Assembly: GCA_947463775.1 (NCBI GenBank)
Contig: CANHVD010000001.1
Coordinates: 1 to 36,859, forward strand
Length of the DNA stretch: 36,859 nt
Direction: 5' to 3'
DNA from: Planctomycetaceae bacterium
GTDB lineage: Bacteria; Planctomycetota; Planctomycetia; Planctomycetales; Planctomycetaceae
Position numbers and translations under genes: made by a program. This document shows, in pieces, positions 27,418 through 36,300 of this stretch. The notes beneath the pieces were generated by a model. It worked only from the letters and a program-made list of their open reading frames with translations. It was not told the origin of the DNA and did no database searches. Numbering within the stretch: position 1 is the stretch's first letter; each line of letters starts with the position of its first letter.

Positions 27418-28140
27418 ATGAAACACTCCTATTCTCGGTCGCGATGCATTTCACTTGTCGGCTGTCTGTGTTTCGGGCTGCTGCCGATGTTCGTTCGGGC
27501 GGACGAAAAGTCGCCTGCTCGATGGGAAAAATCGATTGTTGAGATTGAGCAGAGAATTGCCTCGGGAAAGTCGACTCCGGGCGCGGTGCTGTTCGTTGGT
27601 AGTTCCAGCATTCGGCTCTGGAAGCTGGAAGATTCCTTCCCTGATTTGGTGACCGCGAACCACGGTTTTGGCGGATCATTTCTGTCCGATTCGGTGCATT
27701 TTTTTGATCGGATCGTAGTCCCGGTAAAGCCGACGGCCATCGTGATCTACGCGGGCGACAACGACATTGCTTCCGAGAAGACTCCTGAAACCGTTTACGA
27801 CGATTTTCAACAGTTTGTTGCTGCAGTTCGTGCGAAGCTTCCTGAATGTCGTCAGATTGTCTACATCGGCATAAAGCCCAGCGTGAAACGCTGGACGCTC
27901 GCTGACAAGATCCAGAAGGCTAACTCACTTATCAAAGCCGACTGTGATAAAGATCCGCTTGCGGAGTATGCTGACGTGTGGGAGCCGATGTTGACGGCGG
28001 ATGGAAAACCGAATGCCGATCTGCTGGTTGACGATGGCCTGCATATGAACGAAAAAGGCTACAACATCTGGACGGATGTTGTGAAGACAGTTCTGAAGGA
28101 TGTGCCGAAAGAGGCAGAAGCAACGCCCGGTTCGAAATAG
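27418..28140 (+). CDS. exported SGNH/GDSL-type hydrolase
   Basis: ATG 27418 is preceded by GAGGGA, and a signal-like N-terminus is present. SGNH blocks are: I VLFVGSSSI, II GFGG, III YAGDND, V DDGLHMNEKGY. Confidence 0.87.
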   Translation: MKHSYSRSRCISLVGCLCFGLLPMFVRADEKSPARWEKSIVEIEQRIASGKSTPGAVLFVGSSSIRLWKLEDSFPDLVTANHGFGGSFLSDSVHFFDRIVVPVKPTAIVIYAGDNDIASEKTPETVYDDFQQFVAAVRAKLPECRQIVYIGIKPSVKRWTLADKIQKANSLIKADCDKDPLAEYADVWEPMLTADGKPNADLLVDDGLHMNEKGYNIWTDVVKTVLKDVPKEAEATPGSK

Positions 28141-28255
28141 ACAAATGTCAGAATGAGATCATTCTCGTTGTACTCATTCAACTCGCTGTTCGACCTGACA
28201 GGTTGATAGAGCAATCTCTCCCACCATCAGAGAGCAAGAAGACTCCAGGTGATTC

Positions 28256-29566
28256 ATGAAACATCGCATTACGACACGACGGCAAGCTTTGCAGGCTTCA
28301 GCGGCCTTTGCCTCGATGGGCTTTATTCCTCCTGTGACGTTTGGTCGAACGCTTGCCGCATCAATGCCTCGGCACCGTATTGAGCGACCCGGGATCGGCG
28401 CGATTGGACTGCGGTATCAGGGAACCGTCATTACAGAGAAAGCTCGCGAGTACGGCGATATCGTTGCGGTTTGTGACGTGGATCGTCATGTGCGGGAACA
28501 GGCGAGAGCGTCTTTCGGGAGCACGCCGAAGATCTTTGAAAATTACGTTGAGTTGCTGGCAACAAAGGATGTTGATGTTGTACTGATCGGGACACCGGAT
28601 CACTGGCATTCGAAGATGGTGATTGATGCCTGCCGTGCAGGGAAAGATGTCTACTGCGAAAAGCCCCTGACGCTCACGATTGATGAAGGTAAGAAGATTC
28701 GGGACGTTGCGGCCTCATCAAAGCAAGTGATCCAGGTTGGTTCGTGGCAGCGAAGTGATCATAGATTCCGACAAGCGGTTGAATTGGTCCGAGCCGGGCG
28801 CATTGGAAAACTGCAGACTGTAGAGGTTGTCCTTGGTAAGAATGAGGTGGGGGGGCCGTTCGAACGAGTTTCCGTTCCGAAGCATTTCAACTGGAATCTG
28901 TGGCAGGGGCAGACACCAGATGTGCCCTATTTGGCAGAACGGGCTCATTACACCTTTCGCTGGTGGCTGGACTATTCCGGCGGCCAAATGACTGACTGGG
29001 GTGCTCACCATATTGACATCGCGCAGTGGGCCATCAATTCATTACCGGTTGAGATCTCCGGCAAAGCAAAGTTTCCGGATGTGGCGGATGGGTATACGGT
29101 GCCCGTCGATTTCGATTCCACAATTCGATACGAGAATGGAGTTGTGCTGACGGTTAGCGACACTGGACGAAACGGAATTCTGTTCACCGGAACGGAAGGT
29201 CGGTTGTTTGTGAATCGCGGCAGCATTACTGGAAAGCCGATCGATGATCTGGCAACGAATCCATTGCCGCGAGAGCAGTTCAGTGTTTATGACTTTGATA
29301 ATCTGACGCGGCCGGAACGTTCCGGGAAGCTTGATGCGATCATCAATCACATGGGGAACTTCTTTGATTGCGTTGAGTCTCGCCGAATGCCAATTTCAGA
29401 CATTGAAAGTCAGCAACGCAGCGTGTCGACCTGTCATCTGGCGAACATCGCATTGCGACTGGGGCGAACATTGAATTGGAACCCCTCGGTGGAGGCATTC
29501 GTTGAGGACGAAGAAGCCAACAAATTCCTCAGTCGACCTCAGAGAAGTGGTTTTGAAGTCATCTGA
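28256..29566 (+). CDS. Tat-exported Gfo/Idh/MocA family oxidoreductase
   Basis: The twin-arginine signal is TTRRQALQASAAFASMGF. The Rossmann region is IGAIGLRYQG, and the EKP motif is present (DVYCEKPLTLT). Confidence 0.92.
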   Translation: MKHRITTRRQALQASAAFASMGFIPPVTFGRTLAASMPRHRIERPGIGAIGLRYQGTVITEKAREYGDIVAVCDVDRHVREQARASFGSTPKIFENYVELLATKDVDVVLIGTPDHWHSKMVIDACRAGKDVYCEKPLTLTIDEGKKIRDVAASSKQVIQVGSWQRSDHRFRQAVELVRAGRIGKLQTVEVVLGKNEVGGPFERVSVPKHFNWNLWQGQTPDVPYLAERAHYTFRWWLDYSGGQMTDWGAHHIDIAQWAINSLPVEISGKAKFPDVADGYTVPVDFDSTIRYENGVVLTVSDTGRNGILFTGTEGRLFVNRGSITGKPIDDLATNPLPREQFSVYDFDNLTRPERSGKLDAIINHMGNFFDCVESRRMPISDIESQQRSVSTCHLANIALRLGRTLNWNPSVEAFVEDEEANKFLSRPQRSGFEVI

Positions 29567-29737
29567 TTTGTGTTGAAGCTTCCGTTGCCTGTATGCCAGT
29601 CGCTGATATTCTCTGATGATAGGGCTTGTGCAAATTCTGTTCGGTTTCGAAGTGGAGTCCGGTAAACAGATTTGCTGCCTTGTTCTCTTTCCTGCTTGAT
29701 CAATCCCACCATCACTTTCCTCGAAGGAGCTATCTCG

Positions 29738-30337
29738 ATGTTGAAATTCGTTGTCTGTTCCCTGGTCAGCGTTTTTATGATGAATTCCGGTGCTGTCATT
29801 GCATCTGCAAATGAAAAAGTGGATCTCAAGGTAGGCGATCCTGCGCCTGAGTTTGAAGTGGAAGATGATAAAGGTGAACCGTGGAAGTCGCAGGACCACT
29901 TCGGAAAGAAAATCGTCGTCGTGTACTTTTACCCGGCGGATATGACCGGAGGCTGTACGAAGCAGGCTTGTGCTTTTCGCGATGACTTCCCTAAACTCGA
30001 AGATGAAGGAGTCGAGGTTGTTGGCGTGAGTGGTGACTCGGCCGCGAATCATCGGCTGTTCAAGAAAGCTCACAATCTGAACTTTGCTCTGCTTGCCGAT
30101 GTCGATGGAAAAGTTGCCGATGCGTTTGGAGTCCCCTTGACTCGCGAAGAGAAGTCGGTCAAGGCGACGATTGATGGCAAGGAGGAAGTCCTGACGCGAC
30201 ACGTGACTGCCAAGCGCTGGACATTCGTCATTGGCACTGATGGCAAGATTGCCTCGAAAAACACGTCTGTCGTGGCCGCTGACGACAGCAAGGCGATTAT
30301 GGAAGTTGTTGCTCGCCTGAAGAAAGGCGACAAGTAG
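29738..30337 (+). CDS. bcp: peroxiredoxin (Bcp/AhpC-TSA family) with an N-terminal signal peptide
   Basis: ATG 29738 has GAAGGAG 8 nt upstream. The signal peptide is MLKFVVCSLVSVFMMNSGAVIASA. The active site is FYPADMTGGCTKQACAFRD (C-x4-C, atypical 2-Cys Bcp pattern). Confidence 0.9.
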   Translation: MLKFVVCSLVSVFMMNSGAVIASANEKVDLKVGDPAPEFEVEDDKGEPWKSQDHFGKKIVVVYFYPADMTGGCTKQACAFRDDFPKLEDEGVEVVGVSGDSAANHRLFKKAHNLNFALLADVDGKVADAFGVPLTREEKSVKATIDGKEEVLTRHVTAKRWTFVIGTDGKIASKNTSVVAADDSKAIMEVVARLKKGDK

Positions 30338-30366
30338 ATTTTCGGGTTGTCCCGGATGATAAAGAA

Positions 30367-30400
30367 GTCGCCCTCGTGATGTTCCGAGGGCGATTTTCTT
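30367..30400. terminator. hairpin terminator between convergent bcp-like and RraA-like genes
   Basis: The stem TCGCCCTCG / CGAGGGCGA has an 8-nt loop and is followed by TTTTCTT on the + strand. On the - strand the same hairpin is followed by TTCTTTATC. Confidence 0.65.
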
Positions 30401-30408
30401 GCGCATGC

Positions 30409-31128
30409 TTAAAGAACGCCGAACGTCTCAAAAGCTTTGGTCGCCGACATGCCGTTGCGGATCGCGTCGCGAACTTCATTTTCTGCGTGAGCCTTTTTCC
30501 ATGCGGCTCGGACGACTTGTTCTTCAACAGCCTGAGGAACGATGATGATGCCGTCGATGTCGGCTGCAATCAGGTCGCCAGGCTGGATTCGGATACCATC
30601 AAGCTCGATGGGAATATCAATATCGATCACTCGTTGCCGGTCGCGACTGTCATAAGGATTCATGCCTCGCGCAAAGACCGGGAATTGCATGGTCTTCATT
30701 TTTGCAACATCGCGAACTGCGCCATCGACGATGACTCCGACACATCCCGTATTGCGCGAAGCCGTCGTCAGGAGTTCGCCCCAGATGCCTGAGCGATTCG
30801 AACCAGACGCCGCACATACGAGAATGTCATCGGGGCGGCAGGAATCGACAGCGGCCAGTTCCAGCTTGTAAGGCTCCGGGTCGGGGTGCGCCATGTCAGC
30901 CCAAAGCGACGTTTTGCTGCGACCAATCAGAGTCACGTCCGGCATCGTGATCGGAACGATGGGAAGTCGAGGCGACTGCCGAGTGTAACCGAAGGAGTCC
31001 AGAGCGTCGCAGAGCAACGGAACAGAAAGAACCTCTCGCATCATAGCAAGAGTGATCTTTGCGGGATTCGGATCAGAGCTATTCGCGGAGGAATGCGAAT
31101 TGGAAGCGGGATGATCTGCAGGGGGCAT
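30409..31128 (-). CDS. RraA family protein (RNase E regulator / 4-hydroxy-4-methyl-2-oxoglutarate aldolase fold)
   Basis: The conserved core is DILVCAASGSNRSGIWGELLTTASRNTGCVGVIVDGAVRDV. The start is uncertain: GTG 31143, ATG 31128, or ATG 31044 (MMREVLSV...), which would remove a Ser/Asn/Pro-rich extension. Confidence 0.86.
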   Translation of the reverse strand: MPPADHPASNSHSSANSSDPNPAKITLAMMREVLSVPLLCDALDSFGYTRQSPRLPIVPITMPDVTLIGRSKTSLWADMAHPDPEPYKLELAAVDSCRPDDILVCAASGSNRSGIWGELLTTASRNTGCVGVIVDGAVRDVAKMKTMQFPVFARGMNPYDSRDRQRVIDIDIPIELDGIRIQPGDLIAADIDGIIIVPQAVEEQVVRAAWKKAHAENEVRDAIRNGMSATKAFETFGVL

Positions 31129-31185
31129 GACAAGTCCTGTCACAATAGAGGTTGGAGCTGACAGGTTGCATTGTGGCCGGTGAAA

Positions 31186-31689
31186 TCACGGCTGCAAGCG
31201 ATTGAGGCCGCGACTCACACGCTCCGCATTGACAGAAGTCCACGCCTCTGAATTCTTCGCGATGAATCGAACCAGTTGTGTCGTGGAACAACCAAGTGCG
31301 GCTGCGGCACGTCGCACGTCGTATTCCTTGGCATCGACGGCATCCAGAGCTTCGGCCAGCAACGTTGGAAAGTCTTCGTGAGTTTCGTTGCACGAGATCC
31401 GCTGATTGCGACAGCGTGAGCTCCAAAGTTTGGAAGGAATTACTTCAGCAGATTCAACGGCACGAAGGCGAATCGCCAGCAGCAGCCGCATTCGAAAAAC
31501 GGCTACTTGACGATTCGCCTCCTGACTTCTGCGTTCAGCAGCAAACGTTGTGATCCCGGTCGGCGTATGGACAATCTCAATCGCGGTTTCAACCTTGTTA
31601 CGATGCTGACCACCAGGACCAGTGTGGCGTGTGCGACGCACGAGACACTGTTCCAACAGAAGAGATTCGGGCAGCCGGCTGGGATGCAT
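31186..31689 (-). CDS. stand-alone class-I release-factor GGQ (peptidyl-tRNA hydrolase) domain protein with a non-basic HTH-like C-terminal domain
   Basis: The block RTRHTGPGGQHRNKVETAIEIVHTPTGI...ERRSQEANR matches the RF1/RF2/ArfB GGQ domain (GGQ codons at 31606..31614). The C-terminal ~90 aa contain YDVRRAAAALGCSTTQLVRFIAKN (Fis-type HTH-like). Confidence 0.85.
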   Translation of the reverse strand: MHPSRLPESLLLEQCLVRRTRHTGPGGQHRNKVETAIEIVHTPTGITTFAAERRSQEANRQVAVFRMRLLLAIRLRAVESAEVIPSKLWSSRCRNQRISCNETHEDFPTLLAEALDAVDAKEYDVRRAAAALGCSTTQLVRFIAKNSEAWTSVNAERVSRGLNRLQP

Positions 31690-31702
31690 TTCCGGAATTC
31701 AA

Positions 31703-32206
31703 TCAAAAATCGAGGTAGACAATTCGTCCGGGAATCAGGCGAACGAATCGCGTTGAATAGGGCTCAATGTCAGCAGCAGTTTGTCGTGCTTCTACGCGGA
31801 CAATTTGACATACGCCGGGATCAAGTGGACGTCGGGATTCGAACAACCAGATTCCACTCTTCATTTTGATACCACCCATGTTCTGAACGCTCAGGAACGG
31901 TATGGAGCTATCATCGCGAACGGCCAGCATCGCTGTTCGCGGATGCTCGTCAACTGGCACTGGATGAGAGGGGCGGCTGTATGTTTGTCCCACAGTGCCC
32001 GGAGGCAGGGGAGCCAGCGGCAATGCATGCTGTGCCATGGCTACAGAGCCGGGGGCCGGTTGTGATACTTCGAATCCGCCATAGCCCGGAATACCCAACG
32101 ACAATGTCTGAGGGACCTGACCATCACTGGCATGAGCAGCCGTGTACATCAGACAGACAGCCGCGATGAAGAGACCGGAAACAGAAAAAGAAGATCGTCT
32201 TCCCAT
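31703..32206 (-). CDS. secreted hypothetical protein
   Basis: ATG 32206 has GAGGAAAGG about 8 nt upstream. The signal peptide is MGRRSSFSVSGLFIAAVCLMYTAAHA. The stop is 13 nt before the GGQ gene start. I recognise no family. Confidence 0.62.
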   Translation of the reverse strand: MGRRSSFSVSGLFIAAVCLMYTAAHASDGQVPQTLSLGIPGYGGFEVSQPAPGSVAMAQHALPLAPLPPGTVGQTYSRPSHPVPVDEHPRTAMLAVRDDSSIPFLSVQNMGGIKMKSGIWLFESRRPLDPGVCQIVRVEARQTAADIEPYSTRFVRLIPGRIVYLDF

Positions 32207-32479
32207 CGGAAGCACCTTTCCTCAGCAAAACCTAGCGATCGAACAGGCATGTCCTGACGTGCTGCCAAACAAAGCAACAGTTGAAACGTACCACCCTGTG
32301 CCATTCGCTGGACGAAAATCTCCAGCCATGCCGGAAATAAAATCGTTTGCCGTAAGGGACAATCGCTCTCGGTAGATTTGGAAAGAGGTTCCAGTTGAAT
32401 GGCGGCTGCAGTCGTCTTCGTATTGTCAAAGGGTCGATTCTTCTTTGACCGGTTAGCCTGGCAATGCGGGTTCCTGCTG

Positions 32480-33214
32480 TTAGGGCTGGCTTCTATGAAT
32501 CCGTGACATCATTAACGTGGCGAAGACGACCGCGGCTGTTTCGATGCGAAGGATTGTGTTTGGCCACGAAACCGCGACTGCACCACAGGTGAGGGCTTGT
32601 TGGACTTCGTCGTCTGTGAATCCACCCTCTGGTCCGATCATGATTGCGGCTGGTCCAGTCTGTTCGGCCGGACTGCAGGCATCCTCCAGAGTAACGCTCG
32701 CGCCGGGATGCGCGATACAGATGAACGGGCTGGCGATTCCATGCTTCAGCTCGGAAAGTATGGTTTCGATCGACTGGAGCGGGCTCAGTTCCATAAAGAA
32801 TGGCCGTCGGCACTGTTTACAGGCGGCAATCATAGTGCTGTGAATCTTATCAAGACGCGTTTCTCCCGGTGTCGTCACTGTTCGCGAAGTATTCAGCAAC
32901 ACGAGTCGATCGACACCGATTTCTGTGAGCTTTTCCACCATCCACTTGAGGCGGTCAGCTTTCGGGGGTGAGGCGATTGCAATCAATTCAGGACGAGACG
33001 GACGAACATGCAGGGTACGGGAAAGAATTGAGCATGTGAGATCTCGACGTGTCAATGAAACAACTTTGGCTGTCGCTTCCGTGCCGTGGCCATCGAACAG
33101 TATCAATTCAGAACCAACGCGAAATCGGAGGACGTGAATCAGGTGATGAGCTTCAGCGTCAGCGACTGTGATTTGATCACTCAGTAAGTTTTCGCAGTAA
33201 GCCCAGTGGAGCAT
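32480..33214 (-). CDS. rsmE: 16S rRNA (uracil1498-N3)-methyltransferase
   Basis: The N-terminal PUA-like region is HHLIHVLRFRVGSELILFDG. The SPOUT C-terminal block is IMIGPEGGFTDDEV...LRIETAAV. Confidence 0.92.
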   Translation of the reverse strand: MLHWAYCENLLSDQITVADAEAHHLIHVLRFRVGSELILFDGHGTEATAKVVSLTRRDLTCSILSRTLHVRPSRPELIAIASPPKADRLKWMVEKLTEIGVDRLVLLNTSRTVTTPGETRLDKIHSTMIAACKQCRRPFFMELSPLQSIETILSELKHGIASPFICIAHPGASVTLEDACSPAEQTGPAAIMIGPEGGFTDDEVQQALTCGAVAVSWPNTILRIETAAVVFATLMMSRIHRSQP

Positions 33215-33243
33215 CCAACGTTTCCTGTAACGACGTGACGCGT

Positions 33244-33280
33244 AAAAAAAATGACCCGGCCTTCCTGGAAGACCGGGTCA
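33244..33280 (-). terminator. intrinsic terminator of the giant repeat-protein gene
   Basis: The minus strand reads TGACCCGG-tcttccaggaagg-CCGGGTCA followed by T8. It begins about 57 nt after the stop at 33337. Confidence 0.85.
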
Positions 33281-33336
33281 ACTTATGTCACCAAATTCCG
33301 ACCGAAACCCTGTCGATTCTGATCTTCGATTTGGAT

Positions 33337-36300
33337 TCAGATCACTTCATTATTCTGCTCGCTGACAATCGCAGCCGTATTCCACCAATCAGAAACGTCC
33401 CAGGCGGCCATCACATGGTCGGTGGCAGCGGCAATCGTTTCTGCTTCGATAACATCCGCCGCTGAATTCGCTTCTTCAGCAACGTTCTGAATCACTGCGG
33501 TGATGAACTTCGTCGACGAGGAATTCTCACGAACAGTGGATTCTGCACCCGATGGAACGGACTCTACTTGTCGTACCAGCAGGGCCGCAGACACGACCGG
33601 AGTTCCGAGCGTCGTCAACTCTTCTTTGATGACATTGCTGGCGACGGTAATGTCAACAGCAGTACTCCAGTTGGACAAATGTCCCTGAGCACTCACCGCG
33701 CGAACCCAGATGCGATACTTGCCTGCAGCAAGATTTGTTGTGGGGGTAAAGACGGTACCCGATAGGTTTCCCGTCGCTACGACCGTAACGTTGCCTGCAA
33801 GATTAACAATTTTCACGTTGTAGGCTGTCGCTCCATCTACTGCCGACCACGCGATAGAAGGCATTCTGCCACTTACAGAGTTATTGGTCGGTCTGCTGAT
33901 TACAGGAGTTGCCCCGCCCACGAAGTTCACCGGAGCACTCCAGTTGGTGATTTCACCGAGCAGGCTGATGGCGCGAACGGTTACCTGATACTCACCCAGA
34001 GGCAGTTTCGTAGTCGGCGTGTATGATGTGCCAGTGACGTTTCCGACCTGGATCACGTAAGCATTTGTGTCCCGATTCAGAACGCGAACCTCATACCGCT
34101 CCGCACCTGTAATACTGGTCCAGACGAACTTTGGCTGTGCCCCCGCTTTTTCGTTAGCTAACGGTGAGGTAATTCCTGGAGATGCACCAACTGCGAAGAA
34201 TCTCGAGGCCGACCAGTTACTGTAGAATCGTCCGCTCTGTGCTCTTACCAGAACCTCGTAGTTTGCATTTTGCAGGTCCTGAGGAATCCGGATGCTTGTA
34301 CTCGGCACCGATTGATCCCGGAACACAATGACCTGTGTCTGAGCATTACGCACCATGACGTCATAAGTGGCTGCACCAGTGATTCGTGACCAGCTCAGAA
34401 TTGGACTGCGGTCAAAAGTTCCTCCACTTACTGGAGTCAACACACTCGGGGCTGCGAGCACAGTGAAGTCTAATGAAGCACTGAAGTTACCGTAGTCAAT
34501 GACCGGAGCCTGCCCCTGCGATGCCACAGAGAGAAACGCACGGACAGTAGCCCGATAAGTTCCGGTTCCAAGTACCTCCACTGCCCGATAACTAGTCGTA
34601 GGGATGTTCTTCTGTGAGATAACATTCATTTTTCCCGTAGTCAGATTATGAACCGTGAGTTCATAACCCGATGCGTCCAGAACCGGGGTCCAAACGATTT
34701 CGGGGAAAGTGCCGGAGACGAGTGACGATGTCGTGGATGGTCCAATAAGAGTTGGGGCTGTCACAACGCGGAAGTCACGTGCAATGCTCCAATATCCTGC
34801 TCGCTCCAATTGATCATAGGCGCGAACAAGGACTCGATATCGACCAAGACCCAGGGAATCAGCAACTGGCTTTTGGATTTTGAAAGTTGTACTCGTACGC
34901 GGAAGCTGGTAACGCTGTTCTGACCCTGTGCTAAGATTTTGCAACAGCACCTCGTAACGTGTTGCATTTGGAACAGCGATCCACTGGACGGTTGGGTTTG
35001 GATCGACGATAACTGGTGCCGGAGCAGTGACCACCGGAGGTTCATGGTCGTCAACTGTGATTGTTGACGAGGCACCCACGTATTTTGATGCCGAGGCTGA
35101 AATCCTGACGGTCTGTGAGCCGTCGAGTGATGGGTCGTTAACAGCCTCAATGTCAAAGCTGGTACTCAGTTGACCCGAAGGTATCGTGATGGTTGTAGGA
35201 ACTTTGATTTCAGACACATCACTGCTGGTTAAAGTCACTGTGACCGGGAAAGCATAGTCAAGATTGCTTCGTGTTACAGTGCCTCTTGCAGCAAACCGGC
35301 CGGCATCTTCCCTGACAGCAGTCTTGCTGAGACTCAGGGACAATACTTCATGGTCCGTGACTTGAAACGTCATAGAACCATCTGTGGCCCCGGCGGCTCT
35401 CGCCAGTATCGTTGCCGTTTGTGTTCCATCCAACAGTTGATCGTCCAACACCGTTACGACGAATGTCTGGTCTACGCGACCAGCCGGAATCGTGATTGTG
35501 GCCGGGACTCTGATCGGAGAAGACAACCCCGTGAAAGATGATACTGAGAGACTAACAATCACTGGTTGGCTAATGTCGGTCTGCTGTTGTCGGGTGACCG
35601 TAGCGGTGAAGGTCCCGGAATTTTCAGCCACGGAACTGACACTGCTCGACAAGACAAGTTTTGGTTCGACATCCGTTACCGAAATGATCTGATTTTTGTC
35701 GACGACGTACTGCGATGTTACCGCTCGGACGGTGACGGTCTGGGTCCCATCAGTGCTCGTATCATCAACGACGGTAATCGGGAAAGTCACGAATGACTTG
35801 CCGGCCGGTATGGTGACCGTCGCCGGTACAGTGATTTCTGATGAGTCACTGCTTGTCAGTGACACCGTAAAGCTGGCATTGATGTCCGTGTTGAGTCTTC
35901 TCAGTGTACCCGTAATCGCACCAACACCGGCCGTTTCAGGAACGGTCGATTTGTTCACCGTAAACTGGAGGGTTTCACGATCAAGGACATTAACATTGTC
36001 TGAACTGGGGAAGTATCCTGGTGACGTGGTGGTGGCTCTCACCCCCGATAACCTGGTGCCGTCGAGAATGGTGTCGTCGATCGCATTGATGGGGACGAAA
36101 ACACTGGATTGATTTGCAGGAATGACCACCGTGGTCTGCACACCGATCTCATCCGTATCCCCGGTTTTTGCGAGGTTGACTGTGATTGGTGCGAGGCCGA
36201 TCGTTTCGATATTCAAAGCCCACGACTTCAAAGTTCCGAAGTCTGTAGGATTATCATCGGTGATTTCGAGCGTCCAGACTCCTGAAGGATTCTCGCCATT

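Noticed and set aside
29396-30406. A 336-aa ORF on the minus strand.
   Set aside because: It is antisense to two well-supported genes: the 3' end of the Tat-Gfo/Idh/MocA gene and the whole bcp-type gene. It also spans their intergenic region and the terminator hairpin. The sequence is low-complexity and not protein-like, so it is a shadow ORF.
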